DNA from: Bdellovibrionales bacterium
Lineage (GTDB): Bacteria; Bdellovibrionota; Bdellovibrionia; Bdellovibrionales; JAGQZY01
Direction of reading: 5' to 3'
Length of the DNA: 64,000 bases
Assembly: GCA_041736155.1 (NCBI GenBank)
Contig: JBGSUL010000032.1
Span: forward strand, 166,479 to 230,478
The notes beneath the pieces were generated by a model, which was not told the DNA's origin, searched no databases, and worked only from the letters and a program-made list of their open reading frames with translations. The position numbers were made by a program, and so were the translations under genes. Position 1 is the first letter of the stretch. The number at the start of each line of letters is the position of its first letter. Below, one piece after another: positions 60,508 through 64,000 of this stretch.

Positions 60508-61869
60508 CTACAAAAAATTTTCGCCGACGAGAGCTTTAACGATGTCCTTGTTGGTGATGCCTTCAGTTTCCCGCTCACAGGCTCCACAGAAGATGCGATC
60601 TATGTAGTAAGTCATATACAGTCCGCCGATCTGTGTTTCCACGGCTTGGGCCAAGGTGGGGCAATTATGCATGACCACGGCGGCTTCGAGATTGGTATGA
60701 TATGAGCGAGGATCAATATTAAAACTGCTGATCAAAACATCTTCTCTATCGCGAACAGCACTTTTTGTGTGTATTCGCCAACGGGCCGTGGGTGGGGTAA
60801 GGCTGTGGTTCCCTGCGAGGGCTCCCAAACTTGAAAGAGGATAGACGTATTGTTTTTTGGTGGAGCCCTGCTGAGCTCGTAACATTAATAAGGCCGTGAG
60901 CGGTTTATCCAACCAGCCAAATCCATAACCTGTTTTGTTAGTAAATACGTCTATATTTTGTAGGGTTAACTTCTTTCTCAGTGTATTAAAAATTTTTTCC
61001 ATTCTATAGATTGGTAAATAATATTGATTTTCAACCAGAAGGTTTCGCTCAGTTCCTGCCAAAAACTCGAGGAACAGTTGGGTCGAGCCTTTGAATTTGA
61101 GTGCTCGATCCGAAAGATCAGATTGATGATTTTTGCTATCCAAATGAACTAAGCTCAGAAACCGAGGGTTGTCAGCGGCAAACGATACCATCGGGCAGGA
61201 GTGGCGTTGAGCTGTTTGCAAAAAAGTATTGTTCTGGAGACTCAGCAGCACTTGCCAATCTCGCACATTTTTAGCCAAGCAGGAGGCTTCAAAAGCCGTG
61301 CTCGATTTGCCTGGGAGGGCTCTGGTGATGAAACCGTTTCGTAAGATTTGATTAAAATCACTGAGAGCTTTTTGTGCACTGGGACCGTAAACGAGTACAT
61401 CCTGGTCGATATAGTTCATGTCTTTGGATAATCCAAAGTACTCATCCTTGCTGTTACGGCCGCCGACGATGTAACCATTGTCATCGACCACGAGGAGTTT
61501 AATGTGATTGCGATGATTTTTAGCCGGAGGAAAAAACCAAGGGTCGCTGTAAATCAGAAGAGGAATATTATATTTTTTTAAGTAAGCAGCAAGGTTGGTC
61601 CGTTCTTCGCCAGTGTTATCATAACTATCGAGAATAAACCGGACTTGAACCCCTTGCTTTGCTTTATTTATGAGTTCGTCCAAAAGAAGTTTGGTGCTCG
61701 TATCACAGGCATTGAACTCGTAGGTCATAAACGAGATTTGCTTTTGCGCCTCTTTGATCAACTGAAGGCGCGCCAAAAGACTTTCTTCACCTGTTCTTAA
61801 AAAGAAAACATCATCTGCAAAAACTGAGAAAGCAAAAAGCTGAAAACAGAAAATAAAGATAAGCCGCAT
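60508..61869 (-). CDS. Secreted phospholipase D-family protein (two HKD motifs)
   Basis: 453 aa with signal peptide MRLIFIFCFQLFAFSVFA and HKD motifs HIKLLVVDDNGYIVGGRN and HTKSAVRDREDVLISSFNID. Confidence 0.82.
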   Translation of the reverse strand: MRLIFIFCFQLFAFSVFADDVFFLRTGEESLLARLQLIKEAQKQISFMTYEFNACDTSTKLLLDELINKAKQGVQVRFILDSYDNTGEERTNLAAYLKKYNIPLLIYSDPWFFPPAKNHRNHIKLLVVDDNGYIVGGRNSKDEYFGLSKDMNYIDQDVLVYGPSAQKALSDFNQILRNGFITRALPGKSSTAFEASCLAKNVRDWQVLLSLQNNTFLQTAQRHSCPMVSFAADNPRFLSLVHLDSKNHQSDLSDRALKFKGSTQLFLEFLAGTERNLLVENQYYLPIYRMEKIFNTLRKKLTLQNIDVFTNKTGYGFGWLDKPLTALLMLRAQQGSTKKQYVYPLSSLGALAGNHSLTPPTARWRIHTKSAVRDREDVLISSFNIDPRSYHTNLEAAVVMHNCPTLAQAVETQIGGLYMTYYIDRIFCGACERETEGITNKDIVKALVGENFL

Positions 61870-62150
61870 GAATCCCCCCTAGAGGATAGGCGCACGATAT
61901 TTCAAACGATCTTTTTGCTCAATATTTATACGCAGAAGGGACTATTTATGTACAAACTTCAGATCGAAGACAGCCCCAGATTCTGAAAACTGTACGGAAT
62001 ACAGAATATTGAAAGCTACTGGATTTAGCCCTATTGTCCATTCTCTAGTGTCTAGATTCTAAATTTTGCGCCACTGTGCTTCGCACATCAACGTGCTTGG
62101 AGCGGAGAATGGACAATGGAGAATAGAGGAAATTTTGCTGGCGCAAAATT

Positions 62151-62239
62151 TGGCGGAGGATGCGAGATTCGAACTCGCGTTACCTTTTGGGTAAACTCGC
62201 TTTCCAAGCGAGCGGATTCAGCCACTCTCCCAATCCTCC
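62151..62239 (-). tRNA. tRNA-Ser (anticodon GGA), CCA encoded
   Basis: 89 nt, folded by hand. Acceptor GGAGGAT/ATCCTCC; anticodon stem CTCGC/GCGAG with loop TTGGAAA; long variable arm TTACC-caaa-GGTAA; T-arm GCGAG-TTCGAAT-CTCGC; discriminator G plus CCA. Confidence 0.93.
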
Positions 62240-62314
62240 ACTTATGTTTCTAGTGGGAATTGCGTTAAAAGGGAAGGCGCACCGATCCAAAGGGTTGGTT
62301 GGGCTGAGATTTTC

Positions 62315-62351
62315 AAAAAAAAAGGCCTCGCTGGGAGCGAAGCCTTTTTTT
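62315..62351 (-). terminator. Intrinsic terminator of the 62375 gene (symmetric A/T runs, possibly bidirectional)
   Basis: AAAAAAAAAGGCCTCGCTgggAGCGAAGCCTTTTTTT. GC-rich stem with flanking A9 and T7 runs. Confidence 0.8.
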
Positions 62352-62374
62352 GCTTTAACGTAGGAATCTTGTTT

Positions 62375-63241
62375 TTACGGGGTTGTAGTAACAGACACCG
62401 GCGCGTTGCTTGTACTTAAAAGTCCTTCGACGATGACAACAAGTTCACTTTTTGGCGCTTTCATAGACTCAAGAACAGGAGCCAATTGAGCCTCGGTACC
62501 TTTTTGGATTGTTTGAGTCAAAAGTTGAACAGCCATTTGCGCTTCGCTTTGAATAGCCTCGACTTGTGCAGACGCAGCAGCTAGGGCGGCGCTTTGCGCT
62601 GCTATAGCTTGGCAAAAGTTGCTGGAGGGTTGCATATCAAGAACGTCACCAGCATCATTTTTACAACCAGAAGCGGTGATTTTGGCTTGGATGATGTTAA
62701 GAACTGAACAGCTGCGAGCAGAAGAAGACAGAATAACGTTATCACGTGTCGGCGCAGGGGCAGGAGCCTGTATTCCCTGTTGAGACATGTACGCTGTTGC
62801 ATTTAAACGCAAAAAGACAGGTCTTGCTTCTTCTACAGTCATATTATTGTCAGCTGCATATTTTTGGACGGCCGCATCGATGTCAGCAGCAGGAACGTCT
62901 TTTTCGATAGAGGCAATAAGTTCTGTAACTTGGTCTTCATAAACCTTAGCGGCATCTTCATAAGCTGACACTTTTACTTCATTAGCAGCGATCGCATCGT
63001 TTACAAATGTGACAGGAGAAGAGACAAACTGCTGAGTAGAAACACGCAAGGCGGAGAGAGAGGCTTGAGAACCGATAGCGGCCATCACGTCAGCATTGGT
63101 GATGAGTTCCATTTGTGAGCTACAAGTGACGGCGTAAATAAGATCAACCTGTGCTTGCTGTTCAGCGGAAACTTCTTGAGCAAAAGCATTACAAGTTAAG
63201 CTTGTAACGGCCAGTGTAATTAAAGCGAAAGTGTATTTCAT
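62375..63241 (-). CDS. Secreted Ala/Gln-rich protein with three-Cys module; paralog of the next gene
   Basis: ATG 63241 follows AAAGGAG. Signal peptide MKYTFALITLAVTSLTCNAFA. 288 aa. Confidence 0.7.
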   Translation of the reverse strand: MKYTFALITLAVTSLTCNAFAQEVSAEQQAQVDLIYAVTCSSQMELITNADVMAAIGSQASLSALRVSTQQFVSSPVTFVNDAIAANEVKVSAYEDAAKVYEDQVTELIASIEKDVPAADIDAAVQKYAADNNMTVEEARPVFLRLNATAYMSQQGIQAPAPAPTRDNVILSSSARSCSVLNIIQAKITASGCKNDAGDVLDMQPSSNFCQAIAAQSAALAAASAQVEAIQSEAQMAVQLLTQTIQKGTEAQLAPVLESMKAPKSELVVIVEGLLSTSNAPVSVTTTP

Positions 63242-63395
63242 AAAAACTCCTTTAAGTTTCAAAATTTTCAGACTCATACGTAGCACAATAAAATAAAAAT
63301 GAGACTGAAAAACAAGCACCATGAAAATTAGACAGAGCTTTTAAAAAATTTATTTGGCGTTTTTGAGAGAGAAAAGCGAAGTTTCGACCACATGT

Positions 63396-63426
63396 CAAAA
63401 ACCATCAGTTCATGATGAACTGATGG
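63396..63426 (-). terminator. Intrinsic terminator of the 63456 gene
   Basis: Palindrome CCATCAGTTCATgATGAACTGATGG (63402-63426), followed on the minus strand by TTTTT. Confidence 0.8.
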
Positions 63427-63455
63427 CGTAAGAAAAGAAATTATTTTTGTTCTAA

Positions 63456-64000
63456 CTATTCGGCGGCTGCTTGCGCAGAAGCTTCTTCGCGAACTTGTTC
63501 GCGCACTTTTTCTTTTTCAGCTTTCCCAGAGACTACATAAGTGTCGATGTCCACCATCACAACTCGTGCCGCACGATCCATGGCTTGAGAAATAAGGGCC
63601 ATCACCTGCTTTGCGCCCTCTTCTGTGGGCTGAGACTCGGGATCATCCTCCCATTTTTGGAAAAGAGCCTGCTGGGCAGCGATGACTTGACGATACCCAT
63701 CGAGGGAAGTTTTAATTTTCGCACAAAAAGCAACCGAACTGGCGGTGCTTGTGTGATTCACGCAGTCATTCACATTGGCAGCGATTAACTCTTCGGCCAC
63801 TTTGCAGAGCGAGTTGGCACGAGCCGAAAGATAACCAAATTTAGTTTGGCCTATGTCTTGTTGAACAAAAGGTTGAATCGTCACATATTCCGCTTCTGCT
63901 TTTGCGGCTTCGGGAGTGTACCCTTGTTTAAGAAGGTCTTGGAGAAGACCTTCATAATAAACTTTAATTCCATCGTCCGTTGTGTCTTGAGCAATGGCTT
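63456..64000 (-). CDS. Secreted-type hypothetical protein, C-terminal part (gene continues past window end); paralog of 62375-63241
   Basis: The frame stays open upstream of the ORF-track start. Bases 63885-63998 translate as AIAQDTTDDGIKVYYEGLLQDLLKQGYTPEAAKAEAEY without a stop. It shares the KVY-E...SARxxSC...C...FC layout with the neighbour. Confidence 0.65.
   Translation of the reverse strand, partial: AIAQDTTDDGIKVYYEGLLQDLLKQGYTPEAAKAEAEYVTIQPFVQQDIGQTKFGYLSARANSLCKVAEELIAANVNDCVNHTSTASSVAFCAKIKTSLDGYRQVIAAQQALFQKWEDDPESQPTEEGAKQVMALISQAMDRAARVVMVDIDTYVVSGKAEKEKVREQVREEASAQAAAE

Noticed and set aside
55000-62150. Direct repeat of the tRNA-Ser 3' end that would delimit an integrated island
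   Set aside because: By eye I could not find a second copy of GCGAGTTCGAATCTCGCATCCTCC or its complement, so island boundaries are unsupported. This was only a visual scan, and a computed search is still needed.

Overview
This is a gene-dense 64-kb chromosomal window from a Gram-negative aerobe. The many lipobox or signal-peptide orphan proteins, a TIGR02147-type gene, the PrkA-YeaH-SpoVR triad and a caa3-type oxidase resemble Bdellovibrio-like organisms, but that taxon call is inference only. I annotate about 62 protein-coding genes (two cut by the window edges, one frameshifted), one tRNA-Ser(GGA), several intrinsic terminators, two families of intergenic repeats, one large palindrome and one candidate structured sRNA.

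Housekeeping blocks:
- PBP1A (partial); xseA-xseB-ispA-tlyA; pepP; glpD; mreB plus an orphan histidine kinase
- LpoB-like and TPR lipoproteins; phaR; prkA-yeaH-spoVR; guaC
- RumA-type RNA methyltransferase; glnB-glnA; trmL; secA; SulP transporter plus beta-carbonic anhydrase
- SCO1-coxBACD-ctaB-ctaA; maiA and an FAH-family hydrolase; an RluA-family synthase; a KefB/C-type antiporter

Two blocks look accessory and are visibly AT-rich: 21408-25450 (a four-gene operon) and 57869-61869 (next to tRNA-Ser). I found no CRISPR array, transposase, integrase, phage gene or recognisable defence gene.

Best novelty candidates:
1. The AT-rich operon, which encodes a lipoprotein, a frameshifted TIGR02147-like regulator, and a pair of secreted proteins, one with HELGH and one with that motif degenerate.
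2. A hairpin MITE/REP-like element present twice, with a compensatory base-pair change between copies.
3. A gene bracketed by direct copies of a composite repeat-plus-terminator module.
4. A 66-bp palindrome with perfect 29-bp arms in a divergent promoter region.
5. A roughly 175-nt promoter-to-terminator structured RNA candidate upstream of xseA.

All family assignments come from motif recognition by eye. No searches were run.
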